DNA from: the human T2T-CHM13v2.0 reference genome, Homo sapiens
Length of the DNA: 64,000 nt
Strand: one strand, 5' to 3'
Assembly (NCBI RefSeq): GCF_009914755.1
Contig: NC_060928.1
A model generated the notes under the pieces. The model saw nothing but the letters and a program-made list of their open reading frames with translations, was not told the DNA's origin and did no database searches. Of the stretch, positions 13,864 to 26,727 are shown piece after piece; positions within the stretch are counted from its first letter, which is position 1; each line of letters opens with the position of its first letter. The position numbers were made by a program, and so were the translations under genes.

Positions 13864-13995
13864 ACATTACCCTGATACCAAAGCCAGTCAAGGACACCAC
13901 AAGAAAAGAAAATTGCAGACCAGTATCACTAATAAATACAGATGCAAAAACCCTCAACAAAACCACTAGGAAAGTAATGTATACAGCACATTAAG
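13864..13995 (+). mobile_element. L1 ORF2 fragment
   Basis: CATTACCCTGATACCAAAGCCAG...GATGCAAAAACCCTCAACAAAA encodes ITLIPKP..D / DAK.LNK. Confidence 0.75.
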
Positions 13996-14227
13996 TGCCA
14001 TACTACCTGATTTTAAAAGATAAAATTTGTATATTAATGCAAAGTAGTACATAAGCTATAGTTTGTTGTAGTGAATGATAAATCTTTGTAGTAAAAATAA
14101 TTTAGAAAATAAACCCATATCTTTCAGAATTTTACTTGTTTTATAGAAAAAATAATATAAAATATTTAATATATGCTTTATACACATATGTACAAAATAT
14201 ATATGTATGTGTATACATATATATTGA

Positions 14228-14466
14228 ATGGCTTGAACTCCTGGGTGATGAAGCAATCCTATTGTCTCAGCCTCTTGAGTATTTGGGACTATAGGCTCAC
14301 ACTCCCACCACTAGCTAATCTTTTTAATTGTTTTGGTTTTTGTTTTTGTAGAGATGGGGTCTTGCTTTGTTGCTCAGGCTGGTGTCCAACTCCTGGCTTC
14401 AAGCAATCCACCAATGTAGGCCTTCCAAAGTGCTGGGATTACAGACATCAGCTACTGCACCCAGCC
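14228..14466 (-). mobile_element. Old AluJ-type element, partial
   Basis: Diverged Alu sequence ending CAAAGTGCTGGGATTACAG...CACCCAGCC. Confidence 0.8.
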
Positions 14467-14474
14467 ATAAAACC

Positions 14475-16360
14475 TTTAGAATCAGTTTGTCAGTATCCAA
14501 AAAGTAACATGCTAGGATTTTGGATAGAATTGTGTTCAACCTATAATCAAGTTGGAAAAAAACTGACATTTTGATACTCACTTTGGTATCCATGAACATG
14601 TAATATATATTTATTTATTGAGATTTTTTTCTTTCTTTTATCAGAATTTTGCATTTTTCTTCATACAGCTCTTACACATTATTTTGTGAATTATTACCTA
14701 AGAATTTACAAGTTCGTGCTAATGTAAATAATACTAGTTTGTAATTGTAGCTATTTTTCTGTTATTGGTTTCTAGTTTAATTCTATTGTGCTCTGCAAAC
14801 ACACTTTATACGATTTCTTTCTTTTTTTTAAATTCTGAAAGTTTTGTTTATGTATCAGAATATCATCTATTAACATCTTGGTGAATTCTACATGTGTTCT
14901 TGAGAAGAATATGTACTTTTAAATTATTGGATCTTATATTCTATAAATGTTGATTAGTTCTAGTGGATTGGTGTTGTTATTTAGTTCTACTATAGCTTTA
15001 CTGATTTTCTTTATGCTTGATATGACAGCATTGATTGGAGAGTGTTAAAATCTTCAACTATAATAATATATTTGTCTATTCCTTCCAGCAGTTCTATTAG
15101 TTTTTGTCTCACATATTTTGACACTCTGTTCTTAGATGTGTACACATTAGGACTGCTACATTTTTTGGAGAACTGATCCCTTTATCATTAAGTAATGCCC
15201 CTCTTTACACCTGGTAATTACCTTGCTCTTAAGAGCTCTTTGACTAAAATTAATGTAGCTCTTTTGCTATTTTTGGATTAATGTTTGCATAGTATATCTT
15301 TCTGATTTATTTACTTTTAAACTATCAATGATTTTATGTTTAAAGTGGGTATCTGGTAGACAAAATACATCTGGGTATTGTTTCGTTGTTTGTTTTTATT
15401 TTTGTTTTTGAATCAAAAATATTCTTTCAGTCTCTGCCTTTTTATCAGTTGATGTGAAGGAAAATAATCTAAACTCTTATAATCAAATTTTAATGCTTTT
15501 AGGCCTTAAAAGACCTGAGTGTCTATGAGTGTCTATGATCACTTCATAAGTGATTTTTAGTCCTTCCTTTTTTTCCTTTATGTAAAGGCAGGAAGACTAG
15601 ATGGTGCTGAATAGTCTAATTGTTCTATCTAATTGATAATGTTATTACCAAATGGCTACTTTTTTTCTTTCTATGCCTGGAGCAAGGGGGAATGTTTCTT
15701 TATCTTCCTCTTTAAGATGCTAATGTAGTTTTGGAGGCAAAACCCATAGAAGTGGGGTGTTCCCTTAAGTCTAGTCCCTAAGTGTTTTTTCACTGGCAAG
15801 CTAATTCACACTCAGCCTCTGGCAACTGATTAAAATTACCTTTTAAATGCTCTTACTAATATATGGCTAAAGAGGATTTGGGTGAACTACCTCAGGTTTG
15901 ACTGTATTTGTTTTCCTCTCCAAATTTCAGGGAGGCAGTTTGGGCTGTAATGGTATTTCTCTGGTAATTCTAAAAAAGGACACAGATTATTTTATCTTTT
16001 TTTTTTTGATGGAGTCTTATACTGTGGCTCAAGATGGAGGACAGTGGTGCCATCTCAGTTCACTGCAACCTCTGTCTCCCGGGTTCAAGCAATTATTTCA
16101 CCTCAGCCTCCTGGGTAGCTAGGATTACAGGTGTGTGCCACCACACCCAACTAATTCTTGTATTTTTAGTAGAGTCGAGGTTCCAACATGTTGGCCAGAC
16201 TGGTCCTTGAACTCCTAACCTCAAGTGATCCACCTGCCTTGGCCTCCCAAAGGGCTGAAATTACAGGAATAAGCCACTGTGCCTGGTCCACTTTTTATCT
16301 TATATGACAGGAATGATAACTTCCACGATCTTTGCACGCAGGAGCTAAAACTGGAAGTGT
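14475..16360 (-). mobile_element. Highly decayed L1M fragments, interrupted by an Alu
   Basis: Antisense ORF2-like tracts (TTGAGAAGAATATGTACT, TGATCCCTTTATCATTAAGTAATGCCCCTC) and 5'-region-like sequence. Confidence 0.6.
15997..16288 (-). mobile_element. AluS-type element
   Basis: Poly-T followed by a full antisense Alu dimer. Confidence 0.9.
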
Positions 16361-16381
16361 GTGTGTATGTTTTAATGAGAT

Positions 16382-17094
16382 TGAGAGGAGGTGCCAGCTA
16401 TGCTTCCTGGGTCAAGTAGGGGCTCAGAAAGCTGTAAAACTCACTCATTTCCTGCATCAGGACTTCCTTCGATCCTGGATGAATAATATTGAAGATATAT
16501 GCTTAAAATATTCCTAACACCAGGATCTGTGCATATGTTTTCTTCCCCAAGAAAACTATAAACAATGAAAATTTTGCTGTAAGTTTCCCTGTGTCCTCTT
16601 TTCCTCTCCCCCTTCCCCCTCCCCCAAAACTAAAATAAAAAGAATGTTAACTGCCAGTTTTTCTGTGACCAGCAGACCTTATCTATCTTCCCAATTCCAA
16701 TTCCTTGTGAACATACTTTGTAAAGTCCTGTAAGATCCTGTCTCTTTTGCCATGCCACTGCAAGGTCATGAAGTAAATAAAACCTAAGTTGTAATTCCAG
16801 TTTTCCTCAAGATCTAAGACATGTTACAAATAGTTAATTGCCTTTTTTGCTCGCTCTGGTAAAATCTTCCCACCGCACGTATTTCCCGCCTTAAAGAGCT
16901 TAAAAGGCAATCGTATAATCTAACTCTAGCCAGCCGTTCGGGACCCCTTCTATATTGTGGAAGCTTTGTACTTTCACTCTGCTCAATAAAGCCTACAGCT
17001 TTTTGTCTCTCTCGGTCCGTATCTCTACCACTCGCCACAGTCAGCCGCCACACCAATTCTTTGGCATGGCTAGGCAAGAACCTTAGGCATTACA
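16382..17094 (+). mobile_element. Solo ERV1 LTR (LTR30-like)
   Basis: TG...CA termini, exact 4-bp TSD AGAT (16378-16381 / 17095-17098), AATAAA at 16985; start TGAGAGGAGGTGCCAGCT matches recalled LTR30. Confidence 0.8.
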
Positions 17095-17603
17095 AGATGA
17101 CTTATTTAAAAGACTATTTATTTTGAACAGAGTTGGCCATAATTTGATTTTCTGTGTATGATATAGAACATTATTTGGTAACACCAGTATTCAATCATGT
17201 ATATAGCATTATTTAATGTCAGTAGTGTTTCAGTATACTGAATTTAGAATCAGATGAGCATAGGTTTAAGTACTGCCCTTACCATATATATCTAGGTTTG
17301 ATCTTACTGCTTATCTGAGTTACAATGCCCCATTTGTAAACTCAGAAAACAATAACCTTTACTTAATAAGATGCTTACTATTTAATAAGCAACTGAACAG
17401 CTCCTTATCGGATCTATTTTTTTTCAGAAATTGTAATTAAAATCCTGACAGATTAAGCAGCCCAGGATTATTATATCTAATAAAAGTGAGAGTGACAAGC
17501 CACCTCTCCTGCTTCATAGCAGTGTGCTTCATATTTCATCACATATTAGTATTTGTACCCAAACCTCTATTTATTGAAATACTTCAACTACTCCTTGTTT
17601 TCC

Positions 17604-20600
17604 TTTTTTTTTTTCTTATTTCTTCTAAAACAAACACACAAACAAAATACAATGGGATAAATGTGCAGAACATGCAGGTTTGTTACGTAGGTATACATGT
17701 GCCATGGTGGTTTGCTGCACTTATTGACTGACCTGTCTTCTAAGTTTCCTCCCGTCACTCCCCACACCCAACAGGCCCTGGTTTGTGTTGTTCCCTTCTC
17801 TGTGTCCATGTGTTCTCAAAGTTCAACTCCCACTCATGAGTGAGAACATGTAATGTTTGGTTTTCTGTTCCTTTGTTAGTTTGCTGAGGATAATTGCTTC
17901 CAACTTCATCCATGTTCCTGCAAAGGACATGAACTTATTCCTTTTTGTGGCTGCATAGTATTCCATGGTATATATGTACCACATTTTTTTTATCCAGTCT
18001 ATCATTGATGGACATTTAGGTGTTTCCATGTCTTTGCTATTGTAAATAGTGCTGTGATAAACATATGTGTGCATGCATCTTTATAGTAAAAAATTTCTTT
18101 GGGTATATACTCAGTAATGGGATTGCTGGGTCAAATGGTATTTCTGATTCTAGATTCTTGTGGAATCACCATACTGTCTTCCACAGTAGTTGAACTAATT
18201 TACATTCCCACCAACAGTGTAAAAGCATTCCTATTTCTCCATAGCCTTACCAGCATCTGTTGTTTCCTGACTTATTAATAATCACCATTCTGACTGGCAT
18301 GAGATGGTATCTCATTGTGGTTTTGATTTGCATTTCTCTGATAATCAGTAATGTTGAGCTTTTTTTTTCATATGTTTGTTGGCTGAATAAATGTCTTCTT
18401 TTGAGAAGTGTCTGTTCATATTATTTGCCCACTTTTTGAAGGGGTTGTTTGTTTTTTTCTTGTACGTATGTGCTAGTTCCTTACAAATTCTGAATATTAG
18501 ACCTTTGTCAGGTGGGTAGATGCAAAAATTTTCTCCCATTTTGTAGGTTTGCTCTTCACATTGATGATAGTTTCTTCTGCTGTGCAGAAGCTCTTTAGTT
18601 CAACTAGATCCCATTTGTCAATTTTGGCTTTTGTTGCAATTGCTTTTGGTGTTTTAGTCATGAAATCTTTGCCCATGCCTATGTCCTGTATGGTATCGCC
18701 TAGGTTTTTTTCTAGGGTTTTATAGTTTTATAGCCTATGTAGGCTTTTTTAGTTTTGGGGGTTAAATTTAAGTCTTTAATCCATCTTGAGTTAATTTTTG
18801 TATAAGGTGTAAGGAAGAGGCCAAGTTTCAGTTTTCTGCATATGACTAGCCAGTTTTCCCAGCACCATTTACTGAAAAGGAGATCCTTTCTCCATTGTTT
18901 GTTTTTGCCAGGTTTGTCAAAGATCAGATGGTTGTAGGTGTGTAGTTTTATTTCTGAGATCTCTCTTCTCTTCCATTGCTCTATATATCTGTTTTGCTAC
19001 CAGTACCATGCTATTTTGGCTACTGTAGCCTTGTATCGTTTGAAGTCAGGTAGTGTGATGCCTCTGGCTTTGATTTTTTTTTTTTTGCTTAGGATTGTCT
19101 TGGCTACATGGGGTCTTCTTTGGTTTCATATGAAACGTGTAATACTTTTTCATAATTCTGTGAAGAATGTCATTGGTAGTTTGATGGGAATAGCATTGAA
19201 TCTGTAAATTACTTTGGACAGTATTGCCATTTTCATGATATTAATTCTTCGTATCCACGAGGAAGGAATGTTTTTTCATTTGATTGTGTCCTCTCTTATT
19301 TCCTTGAGCAGTGGTTTGTAATTCCTCTTGAAAAGGTTCTTCACATCCCTCGTTAGCTGTATTCCTAGGAATTTTATTTTCTTTGTAGTGATTATGAATA
19401 TGAGTTTATTCATAATTTGGATCTCTGCTTGCCTGTTTTGGTGTAAATAAATGCTTATAATTTTTTCACATTGATTTTGTATCCTGAGACTTTGCTGAAG
19501 CTGCTTACCAGTTGAACAAGGTTTTGGGCTGAGATTATGGGATTTTCTAAATATAAAATCATGTCATATGCAAATAGACACAACTTGACTTCCTCTTTGC
19601 TTATTTTAATACGCTTTTTTTCTTTCTCTTGTCTGATTACCCTGGCCAGAACTTCCAATATTATGTTGAATAGGAGTGGTGAGAGAGGGCATCCTTGTCT
19701 TGTAGCAGTTTTCAAAAGGAATGCTTCCAGCTTTTGCCCATTCAATATGATATTGGCTGTGGGTTTGTCACAAATAGCTCTTATTATTTTGAGATATGTT
19801 CCATCAATACCTAGTTTATTGAGAGTTTTAACATGAAGAGATGTCGAATTTCATCAAATGCCTTTTCTGCATTTATTGAGATAATCATGTGTTTTTATCA
19901 CTGATTCTGCTTATGTGATTGATTATGTTTACTGATTTCCATATGTTGAACCAGCTTTGCATCCCAGTGATGATAACAGCTTGATTATGGTGAATAAGTT
20001 TCTTGATGTGCTGCTGAATTTGTTTGCCAGTATTTTATTGAGGATTTTTGCATTGATGTTCATCAGAGATATTGGCTGGAATTTTTCTTTTTTTGTGGTA
20101 TCTCTTCCCAGTTTTGGTGTCAGGATGATGTTGGCTTCATAAAATGAGTTAGGTAGGAGTCCCTCCTTTTCACTGGTTTGGAATAGTTTCAGAAGGAATG
20201 GTACCAACTCTTCATATTTCTGGTAGAATTTAGTTGTGAATTCATCTGGTCCTGGGTTTTTTTTTGGCCGGTAGGCTATTAATTACTGCCTCAATTTCAG
20301 AACTTGTTATTGGTCTATTCGGGGATTCTAATTCTTCCTGATTTAGTCTTGGTAGGGTGTATGCATCCAGGAATTTATCTATTTCTTCTAGATTTTCTAG
20401 TTATTCATGTAGAGGTGTTTATAGCATTCTCTGATGGTGGTTTGTATTTCTGTGGGGTCAGTGGTGATATATCCTTTACCATTTTTTTGTTATGTCTATT
20501 TGATTCTTCTCTCTCTTCTTTATTAGTCTAGTTAGTGGTCTACATATTTTGTTATTTTTTTCAAAAACTAGCTCTTGTATTCGTTAATTTTTTGGAAGCT

Positions 20601-23600
20601 TTATCGTGTCTCTATCTCCTTCAATTCTTCTCTGATCTTAGTTATTTCTTGTTTTCTTCTAGCTCTTGGATTAGTTTGCTCTTGTCTCTCTAGCTTTTTT
20701 AATTGTGATAATAGGGTGTCAATCTGAGATCTTTCCAGCTTTCTGATGTGGGCATTTAATGCTGTAATTTTTTCTCTTAACACTGTTTTAGTTGTGTCCC
20801 AGAGATTCTGGTATGTTGTGTCTTTGTTCTCATTGGTTTCAAATAACTTACTGATTTCTGCCTTAATTTCATTATTTACCCAGGAATCATTCAAGAGCAG
20901 ATTGTTCTATTTCCATGTAGTTGTGTGATTTTGAGTGAGTTTCTTAATCCTGAGTTCTAATTTGATTGCACCGTGGTCTGAGAGACTGTTTGTTTTGATT
21001 TCAGTTCTTTTGCATTTGCTGAGGAGTGTTTTACTTCCAATTATGTGGCCGATTTTAGAATAAGTGCCATGTGGCACTGAGACGGATGTATATTCTGTTG
21101 ATTTGGGGTAGAGAGTTATGTAGATGTCTACTAGGTCCACTTAATTCAGGGCTGAGTTCAAGTGCTGAATATTCCTGTTAATTTTCTGTCTTGTTGATCT
21201 GTCTAATACGAACAGTGGGGTGTTAAAGTTTTCCACTATTATTGCGTGGGAATCTAAGTCTCTTTGTAGGTCTCTAAGAACTTGTTTTCTAAATCTGGGT
21301 GCTCCTGTATTGGGTGCATATATATTTAGAATAGTTAGCTCTTCTTGTTGAATTGTTCCCTTTGCTATTATGCAATGCCCCTCTTTTTCTTTTTTGATCT
21401 TTGTTGGTTTAAAGTCTGTTATGGCAGAGACTAAGATTGAAACCCCTGCTTTCTTTCTTTTTTTTTTTCTTTCCATTTTCTTGGTAAGTTTTCCTCCATC
21501 CCTTTATTTTGAGCCTGTGTTTGTCTTTGCACATAAGATGTGTCTCCTGAATATAGCACACCAATGAGTCTTGACTCCTTATCCAATTTGCCAATCTGTG
21601 TATTTTAATTGGGGCATTTAGCCCATTTACATTTAAGGTTAGTATTGTTATGTGTTAATTTGATCCTATCATGATGCTATTTGGTTATTTTGCACACTAG
21701 CTGTTGCAGTTTCTTCATAGTGTCATTGGTCTTTATATTTTGATGTGTTTTTGCAGTGCTGGCTGGTACTAGCTTTTCCTTTCCATAGTTAGTGCTTCTT
21801 TCAGGAGTTCTTGCAGGGCAAGCCTGTTCATAACAAAATTCTTCAGCATTTGCTTGTCTGAAAAGAATTTTATTTCCCCTTCACTTACAAAGCTTAATTT
21901 AGCTGGATATGACATTCTGGGTTGAAAATTCTTTTCTTTAACAATGTCGAATATTGGTCCCCAATCTCTTCTGGCTTGTAGAGTTTCTGCTGAGAGGTCC
22001 ACTGTTAGTCTGGTGGGCTTCCCTTTGCAGGTGACCTGGCCTTTCTCTCCGGATGCCCTTAACGGTTTTTTTGTTTATTTGTTTGTTTTTTTCATTTCAA
22101 CCTTGGAGAATCTGATGATTATTTTTCTTGCCTTTTATCTTCTTGTGGAGTATCTTAATGGTGTTCTCTGTATTTCCTGAATTTGCATGTTGGCCTGTCT
22201 TGCTATGTTGGGGAAGTTTTCCTGGATAATATTCTGACGTGTGTTTTCCAGCTTATTTCCATTCTCCCCATCTCCTGGTACTCCAATCAATTGTAGGTTT
22301 GGTATTTTTATGAAGTCTCATATTTCTTGGTGGCTTTGTTCATTCCTTTTCATCCTTTTTTTCTCTATTTTTGTCTGTATGTCCTATGTCAGTAAGGTAG
22401 TTTTCAAACTGTGATATCCTTTGCTCCAAGAAGTCCTTGTGCTGTGTATTTCAGCTCCATCAGGTCATTATGTTCCTCTCTAAACTGGTTATTTCTGTTA
22501 GCAATTCCTGTAACCTCTTATTAAGGTTCTTAGCTTCTTTGCATTGGGTTAGAACATGGTCCTTTAGCTCACTGTAGTTTTTTATTACCCATCTTCTGAA
22601 GCCTACTTCTGTGAATTTGTTCATCTGATTGTCTGTCCAGTTCTGCACCCTTCATGGAGAGACGACGTGATCATTTGGAGGAGAGGAGGCACTCTGGTCT
22701 TTTTGGTTTTCAGCATTTTCTTATGCTTTTTCATCTTTTTGAGATTGTCTAGTTTCAGTGTTTGGGGCTGCTGACTCTTGGATGCGGTTTTTATGGTGGC
22801 CTTTTTGTTGTTGTTGTTGTTGTTGATGCCATTGTTGTCACTTTCTGCTTGTTTGTTTTCTGTCAGTAGTCAGGTCCCTCTTCTGTAGGGCTGCTGCAGT
22901 TTGTTGGGGGTTCACTTCAGGCCCTATTCATCTGATTTGCTCCCATGCCTGGAGATGTCATTCAGGGAGGCTGGATAACAGCAAAGATGGGTGCCTATTG
23001 CTTCTTCTGGGACCTCTGACCTTGAGGGGCACCAATCTGATGCCAGTAAGATTGCTCCTGTATAGGTTGTCTCACAACCCCTGTTGGAGGGTCTCACCCA
23101 GTTGGGTGGCACGGGGAACAGGACCCATTTAATGAAGCACTTTCTCCCTCAGTGGAGGGTGTGTGCTTCACTTGGGGAAAACCCACTCATCTGGGCTGCC
23201 CAGATTCCTCAGAACTACCAGGAATAGAGGCTAAGTCTGCTGGTCTGCCGAGACTGCGGTCACCCCTCCCGCTAGGGGCTTAGGCCCAGGGAGATCTGAT
23301 TTCCGTCCCTGAGTCTTTCGGAATTCCTGCAGGGAAGCTCCACCCACTGAGGAAAGATGGGTCAGGGTTACACCTGAAGAGGCACTCTGGCCGCAGACTG
23401 CCACAGGTGCTGTGTTGGACTGTGGGGACAAGTCTTGGGACCAAGCTGTCTAGCCTCCCTGGCTCCAGGAGGTAAGAAGTGCAGCCTGGAGCTATAGAAG
23501 TGGGTGCTGCCCTTCCCCCACCCAGGGACTTTATCGTGTTAGGCAGCTGTGAGTCCCCGTGCTGGCTCCTGCCCCTCCTCTAAGGAGCTCAAATGGCTTA

Positions 23601-24048
23601 GACAGCAAGCAGCCACAGCCAGTGCTTGTTGCCCCTCCCCCAGGGATTTGGTAGGCTTAAGCAGATTCCAGCTGAGGCTGTAAGATTCTGGCTGTTCCAG
23701 GGTTGGGACGCTAGACCCTGGTGGCATGGGTTCACTAGTGGCATCTTCCAATCCATGGGTTGCACAGTTACGTGGAAAAAGCACAGTTTCTCTGGCTGGG
23801 TGGCATGCTCACTCACCAACTCCCTTGGCTGGGGGGCAGGGTTCCCCTGCCCCTAGTGGCTCTCAGGTGGGCCACCACACCACACTGTTCTTTCTTCTCT
23901 CCTTGGGTCACACCAGGTTTCTAGTCAATTTTGATGTGACAACCTGGATACCTGGGTTGCTGGTGAAGGATTCACATGCTTATTATGATTTTTTACTATG
24001 GGAGCCTCCAAATGGTGCTGCTTCTAGTCAGCCATCTTGGCCCCGCCT
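17604..24048 (-). mobile_element. Full-length L1PA8-type LINE-1, ORFs disrupted
   Basis: L1PA8-like 3' end; ORF2 EN/RT remnants ([35 protein letters not shown]); ORF1 remnant (DLSAETLQARRDWGPIF); 5'UTR ending with YY1-type GCCATCTT at 24031; TSD CTCCTTGTTTT(C/T)CTTT at 17591 and 24049. Confidence 0.93.
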
Positions 24049-25289
24049 CTCCTTGTTTTTCTTTTAGTCACCTTTCCACCTGCTCAGTATTCTCTCCCTT
24101 CATTTTTTACTCTCCTTAAATTTGGATGAAACACTACATGGAGGATTATAGGTTCTAGAATTCTGAATGGCTATCAAGAAGTTAAATGATTAAATCTAAA
24201 GTTGTAAGACAAAACTTGATCAATGAAAAATGGGACAAGGTAACAGACATAAACTATCTTTTTTGTCTTCTGTAAAGTACTCTGAGTTTCCATTCTTGTG
24301 TCTTTTTTGAGACATACCATATGCTGTGTGCAAAGTGCTGCTGAATAAGTCATTGTGTTTTCTTGCTTAGGATGTAATGCATCATGTCAGATATTTTATT
24401 GCCTCAGTTCAACTTTTCCTTCAATCTCATTGTCTTAAAATTATACTCCCAAAGTATTAGAATATTAATTATATTATTAATCTTATTTTTGGAGGACTTA
24501 GAATCAGATAATTGGTGGTGAAACAGTTTTAGAAAATAGAACCTCCAGTTGGGTTTTCATAGATACATTTCTTATCTATCTGCAAGTGACAGAGACCAAA
24601 TAGCTGTTGGTAAATTGGATGATAGTTACTCCCACATTTAGTAGTATTAAAATTACTTAAATTTTCATCAAGTAGCCCAGATATTTAAGTATGCATTCTA
24701 TCTTCTTAGCAATACTAACTCCCCCTCAAATCTCATCTATGTCTTTTGGAAAGTTACTTCCACCAACTGAGATTGAAGGAAACAACTTAGTCCTAGTTTA
24801 CAAATTGGTGCACAGAGTATTTTGGCTCAATCTGAAATGGATCTGTTGCCAAATAACAGTGTCCCTCAGGAATGGTCCTAGAGAAGAGTGGTGAAAGGAA
24901 GTTTTCCCAGTAGTCAGACCTATGATCAGTATAATTCATAATCTACTTTGTATATAAAAAAAAATGTACTGATAATAATCTACAATGACTTGAAAAAATT
25001 AATAAATGACTGGGAAAGTGGGTCACAAGCCTGCATACAGCAATTCCTAGAAAATTGATAAGGAAGTCTGACAAAAATATAAGTGGCTGGATTTCTGGAA
25101 ATGAGTTCAGAGCATTTAGATATTTTTGTCTTGTCTGTCTGTTTAGTACTCTAAGGGGCAAAGCTTGTGTTGGATGCCAGAAAATCTTCTCCTCCGATAC
25201 AGGGCTTGTACAATCAGCCCACAAACAAAAGTGGGCAATGTTTGAGCTCAACAACACGGGCTTCTCCTCAGTACGGCTTTCTGTCTACT

Positions 25290-26620
<1,331 letters not shown>

Positions 26621-26642
26621 CTAAAAAATAATTATTTTATCA

Positions 26643-26727
26643 TTTTTATAATAGTAATCAGCTATAATCTTCTGGAAGACTCCTGTATAGTCCTCCAGGT
26701 GATTATAGCTGATTACTGTTATAAAAA
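26643..26727. repeat. 85-bp inverted repeat (hairpin)
   Basis: TTTTTATAATAGTAATCAGCTATAATC is the reverse complement (26/27) of GATTATAGCTGATTACTGTTATAAAAA; pairing continues inward to a 7-nt loop. Confidence 0.92.
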
